Assembly (NCBI RefSeq): GCF_039654945.1
Contig: NW_027361788.1
Span: forward strand, 22,010,001 to 22,074,000
From: Dendrobates tinctorius
Lineage: Eukaryota
DNA length: 64,000 nt
Direction: 5' to 3'
Below the pieces are notes generated by a model. It was not told the origin of the DNA. It worked only from the letters and a program-made list of their open reading frames with translations, and made no database searches. Below are positions 24,665-38,191 of this stretch, one piece after another (the first letter of the stretch is position 1; the number at the start of each line of letters is the position of its first letter). The translations under genes and the position numbers were made by a program.

Positions 24665-27077
24665 TCTATATATATAATCATCTTATCATGTCTGTCTATA
24701 ACCGAAAACCCGCGTCGCTGATTGGTTGAGCCCGGCCGGCCACGACCAATCAGCGACGCAGGATTTCCGTGACAAACAGACAGACAGTTACTGTATGATA
24801 ATGGGTATGGCGCCCACCATACATACTTACCTCACCGGGAGGAGCGTTGCCGCGGCGCTTCTCTTCTTACGGTGACCGGGGCAGGAGGCTGGGGGAGGAG
24901 TGTGGCACTGACGCCGGAGTATGCGCATGCGCATAGCGCTATCCGGCACCATTTTCCTGAAGGCACATTTGCAGTGGGTCCTCAGGAAAATGGCGCCGGA
25001 CAGCGCGGTGTGGGCTTTCGCGCACTCCGGTGCCAGTGCCACACTCCTCCTCCAGCCTTCCGCAGAACGAGACAGCGCTGGACCACAGGAAAGATGGGTG
25101 AGTATAAATGTTTTTTTTTGTATGTGTGCAGTTTCCTAGGGGTGAGGGGGACCATGCATACCAGGAAAGGGGGGTGAGGGGTACCATGCATACCATGAAA
25201 GGGGGGTGAGGGGACCATGCATACCACAAAGGGGAGTGAGGGGGCCATGCATACCACGAAAGGGGGGTGAAGGGTACCATGCATACCACGAAAGGGGGGT
25301 GAGGGGACCATGCATACCACGAAAGGGGGTGACGGGACCATGCATATCAGCAAAGGGGGGTGATGGAACCATGCATACCAGGAAAGGGGGGTGAAGGGCA
25401 CCATGCATACCACAAAAGGAGGGTGAGAGGACCATGCATACCATGAAAGGGGGGGTGAGGGGACCATGCATACCACGAGAGGGGGGGTGACGGGTACCAT
25501 GCATACCAGGAAAGGGGGGTGAGGGGTACCATGCATACCAGGAAAGGGGGGTGAGGGGACCATGCATACCACGAAAGAGGGTAGAGGGGACCATGCATAC
25601 CAGCAAAGGGGGGGGTGACGGGACCATGCATACCAGGAAAGGGGGGTGAGGGGTACCATGCATACCACAAAAGGGGAGTGAGAGGACCATGCATACCAGG
25701 ATAGGGGGGGTGAGGGGGACCATGCATACCAGGAAATAGGTGGGATGAGGGGGACCATGCATACCAGGAAATGGGGGTGAGAGGACCATGCATACCAGGA
25801 TAGGGGAGGTGAGGGGGACCATGCATACCAGGAAAGGGGAGTGAGGGGACCATGCATACCAGGAAAGGGGGGTGAGGGGGACCATGCATACCAGGAAAGG
25901 GGGGGGTGAGGGGGACCATGCATACCAGGAAAGGGGGGATGACGGGACCATACATACCAGCAAAGGGGGGATGAGAGGACCATGCATACCAGGATTGGGG
26001 GTTGAGGGGTAGCATGCATATCAGGATTGGGGGTGAGAGGACCATGCATACCATGAAAGGGGGGGTGAGGGGACCATGCATACCACGAGAGGGGGGTGAG
26101 GGGACCATGCATACCATGAAAGGGGAGTGAGGGGACCATGCATACCACGAAAGGGGGGTGAGGGGTACCATGCATACCACGAAAGGGGGGTGAGGGGACC
26201 ATGCATACCACGAAAGGGGGGTGAGGGGACCATGCATACCAGGAAAGGGGGGTGAGGGGACCATGCATACCAGGAAAGGGGGGATGAGGGGTACCATGCA
26301 TACCACGAAAGGGGGGCGAGAGGACCATGCATACCATGAAAGGGGGGTGAGGGGACCATGCATACCAGCAAAGGGGGTGACGGGACCATGCATACCAGGA
26401 AAGGGGAGTGAGGGGGACCATGCATACCAGGATAGGGGGGGTCAGAGGACCATGCATACCAGGATAGGGGGGGGTGAGAGGGACCATGCATACCAGGAAA
26501 TAGGGGGGATGAGGGGGACTATGCATACCAGGAAATGGGGTGAGAGGACCATGCATACCAGGATAAGGGAAGGGAGGTGAGGGGGACCATACATACCAGG
26601 AAAGGGGGGTGATGGGACCATGCATACCAGGAAAGGGGGGTGATGGGACCATGCATACCAGGAAAGGGGGGTGAGGGGGACCATGCATAACAGGAAAGGG
26701 GGGTGAGAGGACCATGAATACCAGGAAAGGGGGGTGAGAGGACCATGCATACCAGGATAAGGGGGGTGAGGGGACCATGCATTCCAGGAAAGGGGGGTGA
26801 GGGGGACCATGCATACCAGGAAAGGGGGGTGAGAGGGACCATGCATACCAGGAAAGGGGGGGTGACGGGACCATGCATACCAGCAAAGGGGGGGGTGAGA
26901 GGACCATGCATACCAGGATTGGGGGGTGAGGGGTAGCATGCATATCAGGATTGGGGGTGAGAGGACCATGCATACCAGGATTGGGGGGTGCATTATTGCA
27001 TTATTATTTAATCTTCATAAAGAAACTACATACATATTCTAGAATACCCGATGCGTTAGAATCGGGCCACCTTCTAG
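24665..27077 (+). mobile_element. Non-autonomous Helitron
   Basis: A|TC 5' end; 3' hairpin CCCGAT-GCGTTAGA-ATCGGG (27047-27066) followed by CTAG|T; no TSD. Confidence 0.82.
25140..26990. repeat. G-rich minisatellite, ~30-bp unit, roughly 60 copies
   Basis: Unit approximately GGGGACCATGCATACCAGGAAAGGGGGGTGA with variable G-run lengths. Confidence 0.97.
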
Positions 27078-30000
27078 TTTATATTAAAATGGAATCAATA
27101 ATATTTATGAATGGGTGTGGGGAATATCAGATTCTCCCTCGTAGGGTGTGAAGAGGTGGGGCATGTATGAAGAATTCTCTCATTTGCTCTCTTTAAATCT
27201 CTGTGTTATACTCCGCCCCTGAGGTCTTGGACTAGGTACTAGCGTATAGGTTTTACCTTTAGTGTTCCTTTGAGGTTTTCTTTAAGTGAGACATATCCAC
27301 ACTGCCGGCCTCTGTTATCTGACATCATCACATTGAGTAATGCGTCTCTGCAGCAGCAGATTGCACAACATACAAGAAGCTATAATTCAATTATATGGCT
27401 TTACCTGGCTTCAGTATCAGCTCTCTTTGTTCTCTTTATTTGGCTCCATTTCACATCTTATTCATCCAAGAGATGTTTTCGCACTGTCAGCCGCTTGTGA
27501 TTGCAAAACTAGAAAACCCCATTTTTGGATATTTCTTAATCACTTTGGAAACAGTTGTTTGGAAATTCTGATTGTGCAGGAACTACACATGTGATAGTGT
27601 TGTCATACTATATTTAATGATAATTCTTTATGCTTAAAGGCACTATGCTTAACCCTCTTAAGGATGCAAAAAATTATTGGCCTTAAAGGGATTGTCCAAT
27701 TTTGACTATCCCCCCTTTAAAAAAAAAAAAAAAGCAATCTCAGATAGTAACCTGTCCAGAGGACTTTTAAAGTGTTGAGCTCCTAAGTGATCAGGTGTAG
27801 AGGTGAAACTTGATAGAAATTGTTCAATTCCCTCCCAGCGCCACCACATGGACAATACTTATTCAGTTCTCTACCTATGGACATTCTAGGCACTCCCCAG
27901 CTACACAGGCTCACTGTAGCTGCTTTTTGCTCTAGGTAGTCAAACACCTTCTATGAACTCTTAAATTCCAGGAAATGGGTTTTCAATTTAGAACTAAGAT
28001 ATTGATGATTAATTCTTAGGTCATCAATATCCTACTCCTGGCTACCCAATTGATCAGCTTACTAATGAGGCCATGTTGATCCAGTGATATGTCCCCATTG
28101 ATGTTTAGCGTCGTAAAGCAGTTCTAATAAGTACAGTTTCGTTTAATCAAATGCCACAATCTTCTGGTCCCTCTTTATTGTGTTATCCCCATGACAGCAG
28201 GACACAATAGAGCAACTCTTTTTTCTGGGTGTTGGACCCAGCACCAAATAACTCAGACTGGACCGTATGGACAGGTGTCCCAACGAAAGGGCAACGTCTT
28301 TCTTCTGTCTCCGACATTTAATTCATGATCTTTGACTGTCTGCTTGTTTATATATATGGTGATTTGCTGAGAATATTCATAATGTTCATTTTCTGCCATG
28401 GATTTAATGTTTTCATTGTTTCTGGCTCCATCTAGTGGCCAGAGTCATAACCGCAGTGTTATTGTGTGTTTGCTTCCTGAATCTTTCCCTCCATTCACAA
28501 TGTATTCTGGGAAAGCTTGCAAAGCACCCTGGTAAGTTTGCAAAGGATTATGGTTTAGTCCAGCCCCCATTTTTCCCTCCAGTCCTCCATTTTCTCTCAA
28601 GCCTGCTTCCTGGGAACATTTCTTTTCTCTTCCCCCTTGTGTCAGCATCGCTGGTAAGCAAACATGCTTCCTGTGGCTAATTCCTGTCTCATACTACCCT
28701 GCTTAGTTAGCTCTCCCCTGGTTAGCTATTAGTGCAGATAATGTATGTTATGTATATTATGTATTCCTATGGACCCAGTACTGATTGTATTTATATGTTT
28801 TACTTGTAGTTTCATCACATCAATATACCACTACGTTCAATAAAGCACAGATTCAACCTACAGTCTCCTTATTGGACCCCCGGTATAGTGGTTTAGCTGC
28901 CTGTATAAGCTACATGAATTCCAGTTCATTTAGTGAGGACAGAACAGTCTCACAGGAAACTGATTAATTTTAGTTTTTCTTCTGACAGGAGGTACAGGTT
29001 TCAACATTGCTACAGGAATACAAGAATGATCTTAATCAGTCTCTTTGCTACTTAAAACCTCTTTTTCTGGTCCAGCTTCACAATATAATGCTCAAACTGT
29101 GGGCCTTTCTGTCCTCATTGTACAATTAGGGTCTTCCTCTCTGTCTCACAGAGGATTTTTCATCAACAGGACTGCCACACCATCAGACCTGATTCTTCTG
29201 GGTGTCTGTGATTCCTATCACATTTGAAGACCTCATGCCCTCAGACCCTCTCTCACTTCCGATTCAGGCGGACTTCAACTTTTTTCTTTTGCCCCTCTAT
29301 GAGCCATTCAGAAATCATGGTCACAGGACTTTTGCTTCTCTACAGCAAAGCACAGTCTTTCCTGCTCCAGGCATTCTCTCTGCTGCTATAACATCTACAC
29401 CCTGAGCACTGTCACTCATCAAGGGGGGCAATGTCTCCACATCTATGGGCAACTAATATTTTCAGCTAGGATGGTCACATAGACAATCTGCTCTTTGACA
29501 AATGTGCCCGTGTCCCAATTTCAGGTCCCTGGTTATATCAAGTAGTGTAGCTCCCATCTGTTTCACATGCCCTCTGCAATTGACCCAAAGTGGTGAAAAA
29601 CAGAGGCCTTCATCCCCTCTGATATGCTACCCACATGTACTGCTTGGGCTGTTGGGTTAGGGGCACTAATAACTCACTTGTGTACTAGCTTCACAGACAA
29701 TATGCACGTCACTCCTAACAGGTGTTCCCAGACCTTTCCATCATTCCTCAAGGAAATATATCCAGACACACCATGACCAGGGAACACCCATGACATACTT
29801 CCCAATGTTCCCCAAAACAGCTGAACACACAGAGGTAAGTGTAGGATCAAGAATATGTATACTTACATAAAGGGGAACCAACATGGCACTATGCAAATTA
29901 CCATATATTTTTACCGTCAGGGAATGGCGCAACGGCAAAAATGCCCAAACATCTCTTGCAGGAAGGTTTTTTACAACCCTCTTACAAACTACCACAATAC

Positions 30001-31533
30001 ATGATGCCTAGACTGGTGTGTACCGTGGCATAAATCACACATTGCAGTTTCATCACTTATCACATCGTTTTACATTTATAGAGAGTTTGTGGTAAGGGAA
30101 AAATCAAAATCTCCAATGGTTACGACTTACGAGTCATCTGGAACAAACGAAGATGAGGGAGTTACAGAGACAATTCAGTGTCCAACCACCCAATGTGGGG
30201 AGGAGTAATTGTATAAGAAGTATCGAGGGTCACCTTTATGAGACAGGCACATTGAGTGACAGCTCATTAGATGACGACAGCCGCGGCTTTGATTGTCAGC
30301 CGATTATGAGTTAAACGCGCGGTAAAAACAGACAATCGGTCTAAAGGATGCAAGAAGAATCCGAGAGCAGACATCTGGAAAGAGCAGGACAAACTGCACC
30401 GACACAAGAGCTCCCATGTCACATTTTAAACTGTTTTAATATCTTGCCATTTTCGAGATCTCTGCTTGAAGTCAGTGAACGCACCAGAATCTGAAAATGA
30501 CCATTTACGCAACACTATATTATTAGGTGGCCTTTATTCTTACATGCTGGGAGTTGTAATTTCTGAAAGCCCCTGGTTGGAGACCACCAATCTCGCAGGT
30601 GCCTCTTGAACATTAAGGAAGGATGGAGCTAATGATGAGAAACTTTCTGGAATTTATTTACTGCCCCCCAGGCAGTGCCGGCCATCCCCAACCATGGTGA
30701 CCCGTAGAAGAAGTTACTTCCAGCACAAAAAATCAAGAAAAAAAAAAATCAGGAACATTTGTAAAACTGTTGTTAAAAACCACTGGTTGCTATAAACACG
30801 GTTTCCTGGTTTCACCAAAATAGATCATTTTGTATGTTCGGGAACAGATGTTTTCTGGGAGAAGTCGGCATTTTGTAACATATTTAGGTATGGAATTACG
30901 TGCCGTGGAAGGAAGCTTGATGGGAATTACGCATAAATTATAGCTAAGGTACCGTTAGCACTGTGGAGCGCTCGTCATACTGGGAAGGCCATGTGGGAGT
31001 CAGTGGAGGGTCAACCTTCAGAGAGTTATCTCGTCATTGTGGTCGCTGCACATCACGACGACTATGAGAATGTTACTTAGAGCCAGAAAAAAAGCCTGAT
31101 ATTTTTTAAACATCGCCCCCATTTTATATAGGCTGTGTCTGGTAGTGCACCTTAACCCCATTTAGAAATCCACGGAACAAGCAATATTAGACACATATAA
31201 TAAACAAGATTGACGCTAATTCTAGCAATGAAGTTGACCTTTTGTTTCTATTCATATACAACATATACAACCCCCTTCTTAGGGGTTATCCTCTGAACCA
31301 AATGCATTATCTATTCACATAAATGTATGATATGTGAATGTCCATCTACTGACATCCTCACCAATAAAGACAATGGGGTACTAAAGTCTGTCAAAATAAG
31401 AAGCCGCTACTGGAATGGGGCATTATATGTCCTCCTGAAAAGGATCTGAGGTTGTGGGTTGTGATAATCACCTAGGCAGGTTAACAATGCAACTGTTTTT
31501 TATTTTTTACATCCATGGTCTTACAGCAACTAT

Positions 31534-33738
31534 GAATCATAGAATCATAGAATCATAGAATCGTAGAGTTGGAAGGGACCTCCTGGGCCATCTGGTCCAA
31601 CCCCCTGCTCAAAGCAGGATTCGCTAAATCATCCCAGTCAGATGTCTGTCCAGCCTCTGTTTGAAGACTTCCATTGAAGGAGAACTCACCACTTCTCGTG
31701 GCATCTTGTTCCACTCATTGAGCACTCTAACTGTCAAAAAGTTTTTTCTAATATCTAATCTGTGTCTCCTCCCATTCAGTTTCATCCCATTGCTTCTAGT
31801 CTTTCCTTGTGCAAATGAGAATAAAGTTGATCCTTCTACAATGTGACAGCCCTTTAGATATTTGTAGACAGCTATTAAGTCTCCTCTCAGTCTTCTCTTT
31901 TGCAAACTAAACATTCCCAAATCCTGCAACCTTTCCTCATAAGACAGGGTTTGGAGACCGGTCACCATTCTGGTTGCTCTTTTCTGAACTTGCTCCAGTT
32001 TGTTGATGTCTTTTTTTAAAATGTGGTGCCCAAAACTGGACACAATATTCCAGATGAGGTCTGACCAAAGAGGAGTAGAGGGAAATAATGACTTCACGTG
32101 ATCTAGACTGTATGCTTCTGCTAATACATCCTAGAATTGCATTTGCCTTTTTTGCAGCTGCATCACACTGTTGACTCATATTCAGTCTGTGATCTATTAG
32201 TATACCCAAGTCTTTTTCACATGTGCTGTTGCTTAGGCCTATTCCTCCCATTCTGTATATGCTTTTTTCATTTTTATTGCCCAGATGTAGTACTTTGCAT
32301 TTTTCCCTGTTAAAAACCATTCTGTTAGTTGCTGCCCACTTCTCCAGTTTATTTAAATCTTTTTGAATCCTCTCTCTTCTCTAGTATTAGCTATCCCTCC
32401 TAGCTTTGTGTCATCAGCAAATTTAATCAGTTTACCCTCAATTCCTTCATCTAAATCGTTGATAAAGATGTTGAACAATACAGGGCCCAGGACAGAGCCC
32501 TGTGGTACCCCACTTGAGACATTCTTCCAACTGGATGTGCAGCCATTTACGACCACTCTTAGGGTCCGATCACTAAGCCAGTTATGAATCCACCTAACAG
32601 TTGCCTTGTCCATTCCATACTTAGTCATTTTTTCAATAAGGATTGTATGAGATACTTTGTCAAATGCTTTGCTGAAGTCAAGATATACTATATCTACAGC
32701 ATTTCCTTGATCCACCCAATCAGTGATTCCATCATAGAAGGAAATTAAGTTAGTCTGACATGACTTATTAGTTACAAACCCATGCTGACTCTGTTTAATC
32801 ACTTCATTCTTATGCAGGTACTGACATACATGTTGTTTAATAATTTGTTCAAAGATCTTTCCTGGTATAGAAGTCAGACTCACCGGCCTATAGTTGCCTG
32901 GGTCCACCTTCTTCCCCTTTTTGAAGATAGGAACAACATTTGCTCTTCTCCAGTCTTCTGGGACTTCTCCTGTTCTCCAAGAATTTTCAAAGATTATGGA
33001 GAGGGGTTCAAAAATTTCTTCTGCTATCTCCTTCAGTACTCTGGGGTGTAATTCATCTGGACCTGGAAACTTGAATTCATTTAGGTTAGCTAAGTGTTTC
33101 CTTATAATCTTTCTGTTTATAGATATCCTGGATTCTTCTATTTCCTTAATAGGACAGTGAAGAACAGTTGATGTTACATTTCCTTTCTGAGAGAAAACAG
33201 ATGCAAAATAGGAATTTAAAAGTTCGGCCTTCTCAACATCCTGTCTTACCATTTCATCATTTTCATCCTGTAAAAATCCTATAGTATCTTTGACTTTTCT
33301 TTTACTTTTGACATATCCCCAAAATCCTTTATTATTGCTTTTGACATCTCTTGCAAGCCTCAATTCATTGTCAACTTTAGATAATCTGATTTGTGCCCTG
33401 CAGGTTCTGCAGACAGCATTATATTCTTCTTTAGATATGCCTCCCTCTTTCCATTTTATAAACATTTTTTTCTTCCTTTTTAGCATGTGCTTAAGTTCTG
33501 TGTTCATCCATCCTGGCTTCCTTAAATGCTTCCTATTCTTCCCTCTTTTCGGAATTGTTAACAATTGTGCTTTGAGAATTTCAGTTTTCAAGATTTCCCA
33601 TCCTTCCTGCACATTTTTATCTTTAAGGATATCCAGCCATTGGATCCCTCCAATTCTCTTTCTGAATCCCTTAAAATCTGCCTTTCTGAAATCTAACCTT
33701 GACGTCTGAGTCTTCACAGGTCTTCCTCCTCTAGTTAT
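31534..33738 (-). mobile_element. CR1 LINE, 5'-truncated; ORF2 RT with two frameshifts
   Basis: [38 protein letters not shown] and FADD motifs; (ATTCTATG)n 3' tail typical of CR1. Confidence 0.95.
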
Positions 33739-33847
33739 CCAGTTATATCTAGTTATGAGTAGATGTCCATAATGCAATGCCCCCAGTCCACAAGATCCCA
33801 TCCTGGGGCCAATTGTTCCACTGCCCCCATACCAGGTGATACCCACT

Positions 33848-33910
33848 GTATTATTATTATTATGCTTATATAGCGCTATTTTATTCCGCAGTGATTTACA
33901 GATATTATCA
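33848..33910 (-). mobile_element. SINE 3' tail fragment
   Basis: TATATAGCGCTA...ATTCCGCAG...TTTACAG, similar to 1470-1505. Confidence 0.5.
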
Positions 33911-35217
33911 TGTATCCCAACTTTTGGTTAGCCCAGAGATTTTGTATAGTCTGTAGTCACAGTCCATGCTCCCTACCATGACCTTAGCTACAGCCAGCAA
34001 CAGTCCTTAAGAAAGTTCCTCACATCTAGATGATCGATATCATGACCATAGCATCTGTATCAAGCACCAGCTGGCAAACGATCTCCAATTACCATGGGCG
34101 ATCCATTCTGGGACACCCGGATCTCACCAACAGATCTTTGCCCCTCGGCGTCACTGCATTATCTGCCTCACTAAACATGTGGCTTATTGTTCTCACTCTC
34201 CTGGGATCAGCCCCCTGGATGGGCAGGAGTCTTCACATCCTCCCCTTTATCTAACTGTGCATTGGTGGAGGTATTTTCCTGATGTGGAGCCCATCACATG
34301 GTAGTGCAAGCGAGATCCCCTGTAGTGAGAGCCAGGGCAGCCACCAGAAATTTCAGGGCCCCATACTGGCAAAATTTTCAGGCCCTCTTGAGACTCCACC
34401 AAGGCTGCACCTCCACCGCCTTGAACCTTCCGCAGTCCCACCGCCAACTCTTGTAAAATCTCCACTTTCTGCACCATGTCCTCACCAATCACACATTAAC
34501 AGTGTCACGCTCGCGCCTTGGCGGGTTGGCGCGAGCCGGGGGTTGTGGCCCCACTGTGCCACAGACCAGACTACCCTGGAAGGGGCGTGACTAAGACAGC
34601 TGCCTTTGTCTTCTCTGGAGCTTCCAATGGTGAGGTCAGGGTTGCGCGGCAGGCAGCTGCCAGGTGACACTCCAGGGTGGTGTCTGGCTGTGACTGCTGA
34701 TCCCACTCGGGGACAGGACACTTGGTCAGGTGCGAGTGACAGGCAGGCAGGTGGGCATGGCAGGCACGGCTGGTACCCAGGCAGGCACAGCTGAGACACA
34801 GGGCAGGCTGGCACGGACGAGACACAGGGCAGGCTGGCACGGATGAGACACAGGGCAGGCTGGCATGGTATGAGAAGGAACAGGTAGGGACCTGTTCACA
34901 CAGCAGGTACTGGTATAGGCAGGAAGGAGTGGAGTATGACAGAACAGGTTTGGACCTGTTCACACAGGAGGATGTTATGAACTGGTCACCGAGGAGGATG
35001 GCAGGAGTAGGCTAGGCCACCAGGAAACCAGAAAGGTTGGTAACTTAGCGGATTGCAGACCCCTAATCCTAACAACACAACTAGCAGTAGCCGTGGGGCG
35101 TGCCTACGATGCCCTAGATGCCTCGGCACAGCCGGAGAGCTACCTAAGCCTAAAGCAATAATAAATTAGTATGCTAATGACCATTGTCAGTATACCAATT
35201 ATAATGATACATTGATA

Positions 35218-36823
35218 CAGTGGGGCAAAAAAGTATTTAGTCAGTCAGCAATAGTGCAAGTTCCACCACTTAAAAAGATGAGAGACATCTGTAATTTACA
35301 TCATAGGTAGACCTCAACTATGGGAGACAAACAGAGAAAAAAAAATCCAGAAAATCACATTGTCTGTTTTTTTTTCATTTTATTTGCATATTATGGTGGA
35401 AAATAAGTATTTGGTCAGAAACAAGCAATCAAGATTTCTGGCTCTCACAGACCTGTAACTTCTTCTTTAAGAGTCTCCTCTTTCCTCCACTCATTACCTG
35501 TAGTAATGGCACCTGTTTAAACTTGTTATCAGTATAAAAAGACACCTGTGCACACCCTCAAACAGTCTGACTCCAAACTCCACTATGGTGAAGACCAAAG
35601 AGCTGTCAAAGGACACCAGAAACAAAATTGTAGCCCTGCACCAGGCTGGGAAGACTGAATCTGCAATAGCCAACCAGCTTGGAGTGAAGAAATCAACTGT
35701 GGGAGCAATAATTAGAAAATGGAAGACATACAAGACTACTGATAATCTCCCTCGATCTGGTGCTCCACGCAAAATCCCACCCCGTGGGGTCAGAATGATC
35801 ACAAGAACGGTGAGCAAAAATCCCAGAACCACGCGGGGGGACCTAGTGAATGAACTGCAGAGAGCTGGGACCAATGTAACAAGGCCTACCATAAGTAACA
35901 CACTACGCAACCATGGACTCAGATCCTGCAGTGCCAGACGTGTCCCACTGCTTAAGCCTGTACATGTCCGGGCCCGTCTGAAGTTTGCTAGAGAGCATTT
36001 TGATGATTCAGAGGAGTTTTGGGAGAATGTCCTATGGTCTGATGAAACCAAACTGGAACTGTTTGGTAGACACACAACTTGTCGTGTTTGGAGGAAAAAG
36101 AATACTGAGTTGCATCCATCAAACACCATACCTACTGTAAAGCATGGTGGTGGAAACATCATGCTTTGGGGCTGTTTCTCTGCAAAGGGGCCAGGACGAC
36201 TGATTCGGGTACATGAAAGAATGAATGGGGCCATGTATCGTGAGATTTTGAGTGCAAACCTCCTTCCATCAGCAAGGGCATTGAATATGAAACGTGGCTG
36301 GGTCTTTCAACATGACAATGATCCAAAGCACACCACCAGGGCAACGAAGGAGTGGCTTCGTAAGAAGCATTTCAAGGTCCTGGAGTGGCCTAGCCAGTCT
36401 CCAGATCTCAACCCTATAGAAAACCTTTGGAGGGAGTTGAAAGTCTGTGTTGCCAAGCGAAAAGCCAAAAACATCACTGCTCTAGAGGAGATCTGCATGG
36501 AGGAATGGGCCAACATACCAACAACAGTGTGTGGCAACCTTGTGAAGACTTACAGAAAACGTTTGACCTCTGTCATTGCCAACAAAGGATATATCACAAA
36601 GTATTGAGATGAAATTTTGTTTCTGACCAAATACTTATTTTCCACCATAATATGCAAATAAAATGAAAAAAAAACAGACAATGTGATTTTCTGGATTTTT
36701 TTTTCTCAGTTTGTCTCCCATAGTTGAGGTCTATCTATGATGTAAATTACAGACGCCTCTCATCTTTTTAAGTGGTGGAACTTGCACTATTGCTGACTGA
36801 CTAAATACTTTTTTGCCACACTG
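35218..36823 (+). mobile_element. Tc1-like DD34E transposon (IR/DR type, ZB-like), full length, 1606 bp
   Basis: ~207-bp TIRs starting CAGTGGGGCAAAAAAGTATTTAGTCAG, TA TSD, inserted in the PLE pLTR tail. The ZB-like label is from recall, not a search. Confidence 0.95.
35585..36607 (+). CDS. Tc1-family transposase, DD34E, 340 aa, intact
   Basis: GAPRK linker, [22 protein letters not shown] and SPDLNPIE motifs; 34 residues counted between the second D and E. Confidence 0.95.
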   Translation: MVKTKELSKDTRNKIVALHQAGKTESAIANQLGVKKSTVGAIIRKWKTYKTTDNLPRSGAPRKIPPRGVRMITRTVSKNPRTTRGDLVNELQRAGTNVTRPTISNTLRNHGLRSCSARRVPLLKPVHVRARLKFAREHFDDSEEFWENVLWSDETKLELFGRHTTCRVWRKKNTELHPSNTIPTVKHGGGNIMLWGCFSAKGPGRLIRVHERMNGAMYREILSANLLPSARALNMKRGWVFQHDNDPKHTTRATKEWLRKKHFKVLEWPSQSPDLNPIENLWRELKVCVAKRKAKNITALEEICMEEWANIPTTVCGNLVKTYRKRLTSVIANKGYITKY

Positions 36824-37291
36824 TATGAGAATGAAGATATCCTCTGACAAAAGATGGAAAAATAGGACTAATCGCATAAATGTATAAATATAGCAAACAT
36901 GAGCAAAGCTCCAAAAACACGACAAAACGTCCAAAGAGATAAAAATATATAGAAATTTCATTATAACATTAGAAAAGGCAGTTGACAGGTAATAATGGGA
37001 TAGGAAAAGGGGCAATGAGTTGTGACACATCCATAACTGCCCAAGTATGAGCAAGGAGTGCTAGAGCAATTACAACCACCAGCAGCTAATGTAATGTTAA
37101 TTAACTGTGGAATAATAAGTCATGTCATCCAGGTAGAAAAATCATGCTCAGAATAGTAAAGTTCACTACGTCATAAATCAAAATAGGCATCACATGTTCC
37201 AAGTACTAATCAGATGCCGACGTCAAATTGAAAGTGAAAGTAGATTATACCTGAAAGACAGCGGCCAGAGGCTTCCTTGCATCCAGACACC

Positions 37292-37338
37292 CACCCCGAT
37301 GCGCGTTTCGGAGGGTCACTCCTTCATCAGGGGGCGTG
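37292..37338 (-). ncRNA. Minimal type I hammerhead ribozyme, copy 1 (AUC site, stem III mismatch)
   Basis: CGCCCC CUGAUGA A GGAG ugacc CUCC GAAA CGCGCA UC GGGGUG on the minus strand. Confidence 0.8.
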
Positions 37339-37354
37339 ACAATCAAGGGAAAAG

Positions 37355-37540
37355 ATCCAGTATAAATACCGGTGAATACCGGAAGTGGATGTGCCGCGAC
37401 CCGGATGTGACGCATGAGCGATCATGACAACCCAGACACCGCGCGGCGTCATGCAAACAGGGAAGCGTCATGGTAACCCTGGAAGCATAGAGACGCCGAG
37501 AGACGCCCAGCAGCAGGGACACAGAACGCGCATGCGCTAC
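37355..37540. promoter_or_regulatory. CpG-rich promoter-like segment at the start of the PLE pLTR
   Basis: TATAAATA/TATTTATA at 37361, ETS-like CCGGAAGTG (37379) and CCGGATGTG (37401), CRE half-site TGACGCA, NRF1-like GCGCATGCGC (37528), embedded in AT-rich sequence. Confidence 0.5.
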
Positions 37541-38191
37541 AGGCAGCGAAACATCCACAAGGACAAAGGAAAAGGAATGAAGGATGCACACAAATATTCA
37601 TAAATGGCAAACTACCTTATTACTAAACATGGGTATATAGCTACCAAGTTTAAGATAGTAAGAGGACTAAGTGTATAATGCACAGACATAAAGCAATACA
37701 TGATATACATATAAATACCAAGTAATAGGACAATACATGACAGGATACTATATGTACATATAGAGCTATATAAAATACTTACAGACCACAATATATGTAA
37801 TTTAAAAAATGCACCCACTAATTAAGTCATTCAAACAAATACATATACCAGCAAAATCAATAAATTAAGACATAATTACATAAGTCAATACTGGCACATG
37901 AATAATCCAATAGGTGCAAGAGAATCAAATTATAAACATTATATCATATTGTAGTAAATATAAGGCCCTAATTATCACTGTTAATTATGGCTTTATGGTA
38001 CGTCTAGCAAATCCATTTAAGATAGAAAACATCCATTTCATGCGATTTTCAATCCATTCTCCAGATGGCCGGCATCGTATGGGTCAAGTGAAAGTAGAAC
38101 CAGACTAAATAAAAAATAATAAAACCAATTGGTAAATATAAAAATACTCAGTTGGCCAGGATAATGGCACAACAATACCAGACCATGGCGA

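Noticed and set aside
24982-26993. Long ORFs (up to 663 aa) on the minus strand
   Set aside because: Translations of a C-rich minisatellite lacking stop codons; frames switch with G-run length.
27100-31500. Host exons in the unique-looking interval
   Set aside because: No ORF with a recognisable domain and no convincing splice-site pair.
35494-36234. 246-aa antisense ORF in the Tc1
   Set aside because: Shadow frame of the transposase with no recognisable motifs.
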